From Phoronis australis (Eukaryota; Animalia; Phoronida): DNA of 64,000 nt. Below are positions 12,467 through 24,441 of this stretch, in pieces. A program made the position numbers and the translations under genes. The DNA is taken from positions 188,328-252,327 of the forward strand of contig NMRA01000320.1 in the NCBI GenBank assembly GCA_002633005.1. The letters are read 5' to 3'. The stretch's first letter is position 1. Each line of letters begins with the position of its first letter. The notes beneath the pieces were generated by a model, which was not told the origin of the DNA, searched no databases, and worked only from the letters and a program-made list of their open reading frames with translations.

Positions 12467-12548
12467 CTACGTGTGGGAAAATGTTTGATCCCAATCCTGC
12501 ACCAGCCGACGCCTCATCATGGCTCACCCCGTCAGGTCATGTCAGCAT
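12467..12548 (-). promoter_or_regulatory. Cluster of upstream ORFs in the 5' UTR
   Basis: uORFs at 12548-12537 (MLT*), 12540-12532 (MT*) and 12520-12467 (MMRRRLVQDWDQTFSHT*). The last TAG lies 1 nt before the main ATG. Confidence 0.65.
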
Positions 12549-12979
12549 ATCTGGAAAAGGAGGTAGCTTTAATCGCTGTTCAGTTGAAAGGAAAAAAGAG
12601 GGAGACAATGTCAAACGTGGGTTTTTAATACGCACATCAATTTTAATTGAAATTGGCAGAAATGTAGACACTCCAGATCATATAGACAAAAAAAACCTTC
12701 AGTAAGATGGGCACTAAAAATATATAAAGAGGCACATAAGACAAGGTGATTATTTTTTGTGTAGAAAAGTGTATAACTTAGTAATCAGAATAGATCCATA
12801 GAAAACCATGGTGTCCCACAAGTAGACTTGAAAGTATAAAACAACCGGTTGTTCCAAAAATGTAAACAAATGTCTTTAACAAGAGGAAATAGTAGTAGCC
12901 TTGAAAACAACAACATCTGACTGCAATAGCTGTGGCATCATGATACTTCCAATATCCAATTGAAAACACTACAGTAAAC

Positions 12980-13480
12980 TGCAGTATTCTTCCAGACATC
13001 AAATTTCATTAGTGTTGAAAAGAGGAGTTATGTCATGAATAGCAACACCTTTCAAATCACTCAATAACTCCATCCATGTGCTAGGTACATTGCCTTTTCG
13101 CACAGATGTTCATAAGTAAGTCACTTTTTGTCTGTACAAAAAAGAACCTACATGCTCAGCACCCTTCAAAATTCATTCAACAAAATACACAAGGGAAAGC
13201 AACAAAAACAACACCTTTCTGGAGAGTTAAAAACGACAGAGTTACATGAAGATCACTCTTCTGTAATGCAATACGTCTTCATAGAAGTCAAACTTCAACA
13301 GTACCCAAGATACAATTGTACTAAGAGCAACACACCTCTTTACCGCCAAACGTCTTCCAAAAAGTCAAAATTTCACAGTGAACAACGCAAGTTGTACCAA
13401 CAAAAGTAACTAACACCTTCCTGAAAGTTTTCCTAGAAGTCCACCAGCTGGCAAGACCTATCTTCAAGAACAACACCCAT
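12980..13480. repeat. Highly decayed tandem array (~77-bp period)
   Basis: Recurrent acgtcttc..aagtcaaa.ttc motifs near 13273, 13350 and 13426, with interleaved aacacc motifs. Confidence 0.35.
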
Positions 13481-16400
13481 CACAGTGAGACTCCTCCACA
13501 ACAGAACAGTTATTAATCACATATCATTACATGTTGTTAGCACCTCCTTACGTGGGAACTGTGAAATACTGCAATGCAAATGTTACAACATCAAACACTG
13601 TCCTCAATTCCAAGAAAAATCACTTCCAGTATCTAAGTTTGGACAAGATTTGTTTTAGCTTTTGAAGATAACATGCTGACAAAGTCTCTACTAGTCAGTG
13701 CACAAGCAGAGGTCAAATCACTCTATTTTCAACTGTCCAACAAAAGTACAGTGTCCATAGAGGGAACTCAATGTAGGGACAAACCCCAGTGACCCTATCA
13801 GGTCACTATGGCTCATGATTTCCAGCTGACCCCTCAGGACTGGGAGCCAATCATGTTGAAACCAGCATGAACAAAGAAGCTTCTAGGTAACACACAGCAT
13901 GCAAAGTTCACCCAACCAAGAGTAAAAAGAAGACAACACACCAAAAACTTACGTGGATATGCACTTCAGTTAAATGTCACTTGTTCAAAAAGCTTTAGAT
14001 TAGCATTGGCCAGACAGTGGCATTAATAATTTAATTCCAAAATTAAATGTCATGAACTGAAGTCACACTAGCATGCCGCCATTCCTGAAACAAACCCAGT
14101 TAAGAAAGCCCACTAGGCTGGCTGGATACCAAGATGTCAAACCACAAAAAATAACAAGCTGATTGGCAAACTGCTGGTAGGTTTTTAAACATCAACCAGC
14201 CACGAATAAACATCTTGTTTACCCCCTTAGTTTCGGCACTGCATGCTAGCGATCTGCTATAAAATTATTTTCACTTTAGGTGCTATTCTTACCTATTATT
14301 AAATACTGTTTTGATTACTATGCATTATTATATTTTTATTATATTATCATAATTATATGTTATATTATTACGCATGCGCATAATAACAGCTATCTACACT
14401 GCCCATTGCACGTACATTTATGTTCAGGTGGCATGGAAAAGATTTTCAAACTCGATTAATTTCTTACAAAAATAATTGCCAAAGTTGTAATTTTTCTGTA
14501 TTTCAAAAGTTGACTAAGTAGCAGATTTATCAAATGCTTTGATTACATCTACACAGCGCCAACCCAGAGAACAATACAGATTAAAATTTCCTTTACCAAT
14601 GCGTTAACGCTTGTACGCCATATTGTGTGCTAACTTGCTTCCACATTAGTTTAGAAAGGCGCTTTCAGAGATTTTCTGAAAGTCACACCAGCTTAGTGAA
14701 TAATCCAGCCCAGCTAACTGGTCTAGATCTACTGAACATCAACATTAAACACTCAACGCTCCACATGGTTTCTGGAATTACAAGTAGACACTTGACTCCA
14801 CTGTGACAATAACATTGTCAAGTATAAATTCAGAAAACCATCACCACATAAAACACTTCTATAGTAATTCCATTAGAACAAAAACAATAGACAGCAGTCA
14901 TCACCAAGCACAATTCTACAGTTTCCAGCAGGGAAAACGAGGGTTATCACAAGGTGGTCCAATCCCAATTATGATCGGTAGCTAATAGCATGAATCTCGT
15001 AATGAAACAATTACCTTGTTTTTCAGACATTCAAAGCTTGTTCTAACACAACTGGTCCCCAGGGGCACCTCTCCCCTAATTAACGGAGGGTCCTGATAGC
15101 TCTCCAACTGGAGTCCAGTCGGAATTAATGAAAAGAAAGCTGTCTGTACAGCAATGTCAGGAGAAAAGTGTCTGCACATGCTCAACTGCGTAACTGTGCA
15201 AATGATATTACTTCCTCCATCTCACAAAGTAAGCCGTTTTACACGAGGGACATTTAAACACGGCGTCGCGCCAGTTGCACCACCTTAATCGCAATTACAC
15301 GACAATATCTCTAACTGGATCAACATGGAAATCAATTTAACGAAGACAATCTGCACATGTTCGGATAAGGCAAACGTCCAAAACAATTTGCGGTAATTTT
15401 TCTTTAATTTTGCTTAAAAACAATTGCAAAGATTGCGATTTTTCTATTTTCACAGGTAACTGCTGCAAATAATAGAAACTTAATCACATGTTGTTTTAAG
15501 GCATCTACAAAATACCAATCAAATGAATATTATACTGATATTTTCTTAATCTTTATTTCTGCTGAGAATTTGGACATAAAAGTGCTAAATAGGTGAATAA
15601 TTACCGTATGTAGGCTAATGCATAAGGGCAAGAAAAGATCATCTCTCCAACCTTGCTCTAGTTTGTGTTAAGATGTGTAGTTGATAATGCAGCAACTGAC
15701 TGAGTGCAACATGCTCTAGTAATCTCTCAAATCAGAGACAAAAATGGCCACCGCGGTGTCAGTTTGCTCCGTCAGTCGTGTTTACACACATACTTGCGTC
15801 CGATCAACTGCTCAATGTCAAGTGCTCCTCAGACAAATGCGACATCCCTACAGCCTGTACCGTTGTACAAGGGAAAACAGGGCTGTTCTGTAGACACAAG
15901 TCTCATAAAAATGCACGATTAAGCATGTTTTCACAAAATATGGATTACATGCGAAGAACGTGATAACACTACCTTATTTCGCGAGTGTTTCAGATCTACA
16001 ACTTAGCCCTAATCAAATGCAGGTAAAAGTACCGTAAGAAGCGCGGGCTAAAATTAGCACCTTGGGTTCAAGCCTTGACTTGCTAATATTTGTCTTGGAC
16101 ACTTCCAACAAATCATTCTGCTACTGAAGCAACTTATGGTGAGCCAAATAGAAGACCACCAGAATTGTCAAAGAGTCAACTCCACTGATTCTCTGCACAT
16201 TGTCTGGGGATAAAAGTCATTTGTTGTTCACAAAAAAGTCTCATGTGATACAAACAAATTTAAATTAATGATCCCACACCTCGACCCATTTACCTGGCTC
16301 ATTGGAGATAAAGTAGTTCATAAAGGGATACACCAACATCAAAGAGTTTTCATCTACGTGACTAGTGGCAGGCTCAGTTAAGTAGAAAATGATAACTTGA

Positions 16401-16653
16401 ATACCAGCTCTAATACCATGTTACTGCCATAAAATGAAGGGGAATGATGTATGAGCTTGTACTTTGTTTCGCCAGTGCAATGCCCTCCCGAGGTGAGATT
16501 AAGGGAGACGAGATACCGTAGTTGTAGACCGGATACCAGAAAACAACCACTAAAATATTTTGGGCTCGACAAAATGTTACCATAATACAGCCACTCATAT
16601 ATGACAACAAGGAACAGCAGATAATATCAAAGACAATGATGTCTTCACTTTGA

Positions 16654-16895
16654 GTGCTCAGTGGTTTAGTGGTTGAGATGGTCTACATACGGTACAGCAC
16701 AATGAGCTGCGAGGTCACCAGTTCAATTCTGTCCCGACAAGCTATTGTTCTCAAGCCCCTTGATGGCGTTTTGTCAATCCTCCATGAAAGCGAAATTCTT
16801 CTCTGGGGATTCATACTAATATTAATAAAGCACAAAACTTGAGGTCTATCTCCACTAGTAGGTGGTAAAACTTAGCTGCCAAACAAACGAACAAA
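16654..16895 (+). mobile_element. tRNA-derived SINE
   Basis: Pol III A-box-like TGGTTTAGTGG (16662-16672), B-box-like GTTCAATTC (16721-16729), an (AAAC)n-like tail, and TTTGA on both flanks (possible TSD). It does not form a complete cloverleaf. Confidence 0.65.
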
Positions 16896-18059
16896 TTTGA
16901 ATAGGAATGCGCCGCATCTATTTAGCAATTATTAAAGCACTTGAAGCGATAAGTGCTCCAAAAACACATCTATTATCATGATTATTGTTAATAATCATCA
17001 ATACTATCATCCTGTTAATAGTAATTAGCATGCTCCCCTAGTGCTCAGGTGCTAAACAGCAACTGTTAAACTCAAAGCTGCATAACTATGTGTTTAAATG
17101 GTAAAAAACAAATTTGAATTGGGCCTTCTACTCAGACTCGTAAAATTTCTCATATAATCCTTACAATAATAGGATTACACTTCGGTCGCCTACAATAACA
17201 TCAAAACCATCGGCGACTCTAAAAATGCTTCAGTGCTCATTAGTTTTGCCAAACTTATTTCAAATTTGAAAATGGCATACGTACTCACTGTCTGTAACTT
17301 GAGTTGGTAACGGAAAATACTATCATGGAAAGGACTATTACGAGATCGATTTTTGTTTTTAGCTAGCCACACGAGACGAAAAGTAGCCTTAACCTATTTT
17401 TAACATATATGCCAACAAATCTATAATTGTATCCATACGTAATTCGAAAACAAAAAAATCTATCATGAAAATATGAGATCTGTATGATGAGGCAGGAAAT
17501 AAACATAATGCCTGTCTGATGCAATGCAATTCCCTAGCATTGAGCAGAAAACATTATTTTCGCCACAAAACAGACTCCTGAATACAGCTAGCAACTTGCA
17601 TGCCACTTATTCATATCATCATGCTAAATTGCACTATTAACTAATTTACCTCACAATTAAGAAAATTAGTGGATAACATACCATTGGTACTTTTGCTGTT
17701 TACTTAGTTTACCAGTAAACAAAACAAATTTCGCAAAAGGCAAAATTTCTGCACTGTAACATTGAACCATATCTATTCCCTAATAAGCATCTTGGTCAAT
17801 TTCACAAAATTAGCATTAAGTAAATATTCTAATGATTATAACGATGACACGTCTGGTGACAATGATGAATGATGAAGAAAAAAACGACTGGTGAAAATTC
17901 TAATCAGTCAGTTCCAGTAAAAAACTTATTACAGAAGAAAATTGATTCATGCAGGTACCTGAGAAGCCAACTGACGTTGTAGCACCAGGGCAAGTCAACC
18001 GGAAATCCAAACAATGACAATACTCTAGGGAGAAACACTTCACAAAATAAACTGAAAAA

Positions 18060-18370
18060 GCAAGGATGACTGCAAACACAGCAATACTTCAGAAGATAAC
18101 AACCACGACAGCAAGAACAAAGCAGACCGATAACACTAACATCACCGACAACAATGTCTATGAAGACGATGACTACGGCAATGCCGACGCACTGACTACG
18201 ATCACAAAGTTGCAAATATCGACTCAACATCGCTGACAATGAAGACATAATAAAACCGATAGCATCGCCAACCAATTCACATGAAACCAATGAGGACAAG
18301 ATTGCCACTGACGACCGCCAACAAGGCAGTCATCGCCAACCAATTGCAGTGATTGCTATCATCATAAAGC
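18060..18370. repeat. Degenerate A/C-rich trinucleotide-like low-complexity tract
   Basis: Repeated aca/acg/gac/cga triplets. This explains the spurious 134-aa ORF on the minus strand. Confidence 0.5.
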
Positions 18371-20995
18371 ATTGATTTCAAAATCGACAGAGAGGGAGCT
18401 ATGATATGAGAAACCAATAAAAAAGCACAAATGGAACACATTCAAATTCCAATTCCTCAAAGGCCTTGTGAGCTCTGAGATCCGAAATTCAGAGGAATTG
18501 TCCATCAAAGTACTATCTTGTGCCTCACATCAACCAAAAACTATAGGCTGCGACCTAGTGATTAGTTACAGGTTATGCATAAATTCCATGTAAATCTGAA
18601 CAAAAAATGAGGTCTGTATCGCGTGAATGGTGGAAAAGGTCGAGAACCCATGTTGTTCTAAAACCAGAGATGGCATCCGCAATCCAGCGTGGGACCATCA
18701 GTAAATCCCAAATAACCTGAGAACAGAAAGTTATAGTGTTAGACTGAACACAAGTTCCTGGTCTGAACTACAGTATTCACTAAGTTTCAGGCCAAAGAAT
18801 GTTGGAGTTACTCACAAAAGAATAGTGGAGCTATGACAAAAGAATGAATCAACAATGGAAAATCTTTAATAACATGTGACTGGTAAGTATGAGTAAGAAA
18901 ATGAGAACACATTTCTGGACAGCGTGAAATTTTCAAAAAAAATCTGTCAAAGGACCGAGGAGTTGAAGCTCTGCAAATGCGAAAATTCAAAAAACGACCA
19001 TCACAGCAATACCTCGGAGTCTAATTTCGACCTCAAGCTATAGATGTTGTGAGTAAACTTCTTGTTAATGGGACAAAAGTGCAAACAATCGCCTGTATTC
19101 GAATAAAAAACAAGCAACCTTCATGACAGGGCAACAGACTTGACGAATTTCATTAAGGCAAAAAAAAAGGATCAATCAGAGTAACATGCTTGGTAAAATT
19201 TTCTGTCTTCACAAAGTAAAATTGCGAAAGAGTGAGGTATCAAAAGAGTGACGCAGAAACATAGCATCACATTTACGGAAATACTTGTAGCAAAAACAGT
19301 CATAAAACAGCTGCAAGTAAATGATTTATCAATTAACTAATGCACAGAAAACATGTCTGCATAAACTGCCTGATGTCTGGGTGTAATTGAAAGTGTCTGG
19401 CCTGGCCTGTACCGAGCATTTAAAAATGCATACAAACAGAAATTTTACATGCAGAACAAAAACAAACATTGTTTTGAGAATAGTAAGCTATATAAACTAA
19501 TTACTAGTGTAGACAGTTCCTAGTTTGCTTGCCATGTTCACGCTGGTTATCAAACCCGAAAATTTCCAACCAAAATAATACAAATTGGCCTTCCAATGGA
19601 CAGAAACACAAGGCCATGAATGATACAATGCCTGGCACTCTTATGTGGTTTTTTCATCCAGTAACATTACAACTTCGTTTTGGCTGTTGTGGTCAGTGTG
19701 AAAGCTTAGGGTAGAATTCTTCACTTATTTCGCAGAAAAGCAATTACCAAAAGAGTCATTTTTCTATTTTTCAATGGATGATCGCCTTTTTACAAATAAT
19801 AGGATCATTAGCAAGTGTTGTTTTTTGAGAGCACAATACTGCAAACCATGCTAAAACGTCCAAAATCTCTACTGTCATGGAGAAATTTAACAAAACAGAA
19901 TTTCAAATGTCGGCCACCTTGTCTGCTAAATGAATGAAGAAATACTTTAAATGTCACCTAAACTGCTGTCAAAATAAGTCAATAAAACAAAATTATGACA
20001 CTCTCCTCACTGAGTGGGAAAGGCTCACTCTGTCACACATAACAGGCGTATTCATTTGAGAGTATGAACCAACTATGAAGCCTGCTAATCACCTTCAAGT
20101 AATAACTTCCATGTCCCTGAGGTGGAAGGAGTTTCCATACACTGGAGTTTTCACAGGTTTTCTAGTGTGAAAGCATTTAACTAGTAAGCTGCCATAAAGA
20201 ATTGGTAATTTCTATCTATGAACACAAGAGACCACCCTGGAATGCCTGCAATCAGTATTCAATCAGTGTTGGTAATGGTGAACTGATGTTTTGGAAAGTA
20301 TTAGACATCCATTACACAAATCATTTCTGAAGCCCAACAATAACTTTAGATAATAGTCATATACCTGTACCTGTCCTCAGCCACCAGCCTCCATGGACAA
20401 TTTTACAGCCATCTCTCTCTACTATTGATTTGAGATCAGAGTGAAAGACAGACAGCTATGACTATATGTACCTTTATTTCATCTTCCGAGGTTTTCAATA
20501 TAATCAGTAATTTAAATTACATTTCCTCAGGGCTGACTCAAGTCCATTATATATATTAAAGTATTTTAAAGCTATTTCATTCTGGTTTAATTTCAATAAC
20601 TGAGTCATTAAGAAGCTACAGATCTTTCTAATTTTAACTGTTTATACCGTAACTGACTTTACAAAGCAATTGCTATCAAAAATCATAACCTGGAATAATG
20701 GCTCCAATTAGCAATAATTGCAAATTACAAATAGGCAGTGGGAGATGTTTGAGAATTCAAAAATATAACATCAAACAACAACAGACAAGCCAAGTCTAAA
20801 TTGCAAACTACAGCTGCAGTAATGCTAAAAACCCAGTGTCATGTGAAAAGAGAATTTAGAAAGATATTTTATCAATGTAATTTGTCCTACAGTGGGGGGG
20901 GGTCTACAATTTTATCCCAGAAGGGAGTTTTAAATCAAACGTAGACGAACCCCTGATTGTAAGACTCGCCCGTGTCTTTTACACAGTCATTGTTA

Positions 20996-21240
20996 CTCAA
21001 TAGAGACTCGAGCAACGATCTTACCACCATCTACCAGAATTTATTCGCGACGACCTAACAGGGGTCACATGGCGTGACACATAACTGGCTCCATTTGCCG
21101 GCCATTCCACCCGATGAAGGTCTCAAGATGAGACTGAAAGCTAGTGGTTTCAATAAATTTCATGACTCTGAAAGTTAACTTTACATTAGTCATATTCCAA
21201 TGGAGGTGGTGACATGAACATTCATTCTATTGTTTTTTAC
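20996..21240 (+). mobile_element. Penelope-like retroelement 3' end / pseudo-LTR fragment
   Basis: 20996-21058 translates as LNRDSSNDLTTIYQNLFATT*, resembling the LNRDxGxxLxxxY tail that follows the GIY-YIG domain in Penelope-like ORFs. It is followed by a hammerhead motif and AATAAA (21152-21157). Confidence 0.75.
21107..21147 (+). ncRNA. Minimal type I hammerhead ribozyme motif (core has U4C substitution; possibly inactive)
   Basis: Stem I CCAC/GTGG; core CCGATGA (consensus CUGANGA); stem II GGTCTCA-AGA-TGAGACT; GAAA; palindromic AGCT stem III; cleavage triplet CUA. Confidence 0.7.
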
Positions 21241-23977
21241 GAAGTTCTACCTCAATGACAATGCTGCAAAAAGGAGTCTGTCATTGTGCTTCCTACCATG
21301 CAGCCTATCTTTAGTCACCAACACTGCATATTCCCCGGGTAATTAGTGGATTAATCGTTACGTTCCCACTGGCCCTCTCACGTGAAACGGATGGGGAGAT
21401 GATGAATTTATATTGGTTCTTATTATCCAAGGCAGTCTACTCATCAGGTGACATCCAGTGTAAGTGTGTGTCTGAATTCCCAAAGAATAAATTATTAATA
21501 AGATCTTAATTATGTGCTATAAGAGCATGAACGTTAAAAGTGCAGGCAGACTCTTAGTTCAGGCGTCTGTTTTATGAAAAATGACTAAAGACTTAACAGA
21601 CAGTGCAAGCCCCAGACAATTATGATCCCTATTCAGCACGTCCTTTGTCACTGATGTAGATCTGAGCTATTGAAATGGAAAGGTAATAGCTAGCACTACT
21701 TTCTTAACAATGGTGGTCATAATTACCCCCAAATTGTTTTTCTCTGGAATTTGCACAGAGTTAAAGCCTGCAATATGGAGAGCAGTTTTGACATGGTACA
21801 TTTTAAATATTACAAAAAGACTAAAAGTTAATTTGCGTTGATCTTGACAAAGTGCCACTTCCAAAAGGAACATTGGTTTTAAATATGTTTCATACCTATT
21901 TTCATTACTTTATTTCAATACTTTATTTCAATACTCCTGTCTACTTGCTTTTTTACCGATAAGGGTTGCTATCTTTTTATTTTGTGTTTAAAAGAAGCAT
22001 CAAAACTACTAAGAAGTCAGTTTATTATGAACCCATCCCTGAATTTTCCAGATTTCAGCTACACCAAACATGTCCAGGTGCCATTAGTTCAAGTTCAATC
22101 TTTATTAGAACTCAAAAAATCATAAAATATATACAAATGTGCAAATATGGTGATAGCCAAACTGAAGATTTGGAACCTCTGGACAATTTTGGTTGCAGTA
22201 ACAACATAAATTTTCTTGCTTTTCCTCAGTCATAGAAATGAAATCACAGCCCTTGCCCACCGACCAATCCCACTGCTTGCACTCTCTCGTTGACTACAGA
22301 GCTAGCCATCTTAGTTGTCTTCACAAATGTTCCATTACAACTACCGAAGTTGGCACATTTCCGGTTAGTGTACTTACTTCTGGAGTAAAGTAGTTCCGCA
22401 TGCACTGGGCCAAAAGCGATGTTTTAAAAATTATCGACATCTAATTTAGGCACTGTGTGTTGCTCATAGATGTTTCAATGTAGCTTAGTTTGATCCCGGT
22501 AAAAGCCGCTCCGAAAGACGAGCGGTGAAAATTCACGCATATCTTTAGAAATGCGTGACTTTCTTAAGCTATTATTCATGTCATGGAGTCTTTCTCTCCC
22601 TCTTCACAACTGACAAATATTTAGCGAAGTCACCATTAACGCATCGCAATCTAGAAATAATTGATGCGCATTATCTTAACAACTCTAAATTATGTGTATA
22701 TTCCGAGATACTAGATATATGTTTGATAAAGGGAGATTTAATTGTACTTCTAAAATACTTGGGTGGAGGTACAAGAACAAACTTCTTTTAGTCTTAAGTT
22801 ACTTTCACCAAATAGACTCCTGCAGGTCAGTCGGTTACTTACGGGCAAAATGGTACAAGATACCCAGTTAAAGGGCAAAATCGATAAGCAAATAATACAA
22901 CTACTGTACAACCTCACCAACTACCAACAAAAATAACCACTAAAATTGCTCTTTTGCCATTTTTTCAAAGGCTTCTCAGATATTTGTGGATACCAACAAC
23001 TTTTCAAAACTGTCCAATGGTAGTTGCAGATGAGAAAAATTAAACATGGAAAAGCATTAATCTGGAGCTTAAATATCCTTTACGGAAAAAAAAGATAAAA
23101 ACAAAATTTCTATTTATGGCCATATTGTGTCCTAACTTGATCAGTTTTTATCGTAGATATTTAGATTGCGATGTCAAAACTCATTTGATGCTCTAAATAA
23201 GAAACAGAAACATCTTTAAAAACTTCATGAAATAAAAAATACCCACATGCTAGTTAACCCTGTACCAGAGTCACGGCTCTAGCCAGCAAATAAAATCAAA
23301 ACAACATCCCACATGCCTGGTTCATAAGACACCTAATGGACTGTGCAGCGCTCTGATGATCAAACCCTAAGGCAGAGAAGTACAGTAATGTGCAGGTTTT
23401 AATATTCCTAATATACCAATGATAGCCTTGACCAATGTGTTACAATACCACATGAGGTCACATCTCCATAAACTCAGACAAACATACAAAATAGACAGAG
23501 ACAGTCACAATGAATCCATGACATGCTTTGTGTTGGCACATACCCACAGGGGATACACTGGTGAAGGTAAATACACGGGTATTTACTTATCCTGCAAAGG
23601 GACCTTACAACCAACTTGTCTCACTAAACACCCTCCTTTAATATTCAACAATTTCTGTGTGAAAGACGCTTGTCCATTGGCAGTATTCAGCTAAATGCCG
23701 AATCTTTTATATATTTCTGTTCTTCAATTTAACACCCTTGGCATCCATCAGGACGAAGAAAGTACTAGAAGCATAAACATACATTGTGAAAACAAACAAC
23801 AATGGTAAGATTTTTGCAAAGAATCCAGCAAGCCAAGATGGACATAAAGCCAGCAAAACAAGTTTTGGGCCAAACCACTCATCTACCAATAAGCTACTAC
23901 AGTGGTCAGCCAAATCGTGTAACACTGCAACTGGAAGATCACTGACATGAGGAATGTCTACTAATCCTGGTTAGGAG

Positions 23978-24441
23978 CAGGCCTTTATCCAGGATTTTGA
24001 AAATAGGGTGTCCAAAATGGGGTTCCCCATATTCCAGGGCGTCTATGATTCCGATGCGTAACCCCCCACCCCCAGCAATATACCCCCAAACACACAGATT
24101 TTTTTTACAAAAAATGCATAGATGACGGTTTTTACACCTAAGTTTATAAAACAGCCTTCTATTTTTACAAAAAAAAACTGTGTAGACCAAGACTTTTGCA
24201 ATGCTGTCAATCACGTGTCAAAATAGCAACAATGCATATGCTTTGTATATACATTGTATATTTCTTCCTGCTTTGAAAAAAGAACCCCCACCTTAAGCCT
24301 TCAGAGGCTTCCTAGTATTCATTACAATGTGAGTCCAAACTTGAAAGGTTCCTATTTACAGTGGGCGTCCAAATGATACATTGGGCGTCCTTGTCAGGGC
24401 GGCCAGATTAGTGCCAAGGACCTACGCTGCATAAAGGCCTG
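23978..24441 (+). mobile_element. hAT-like MITE, family C, full length (464 bp)
   Basis: Perfect 11-bp TIR CAGGCCTTTAT/ATAAAGGCCTG and perfect 8-bp TSD GTTAGGAG (23970-23977 and 24442-24449). Confidence 0.92.

Noticed and set aside
16654-16740. Functional tRNA gene
   Set aside because: No acceptor stem or complete cloverleaf, and it continues into a SINE-like body and tail.
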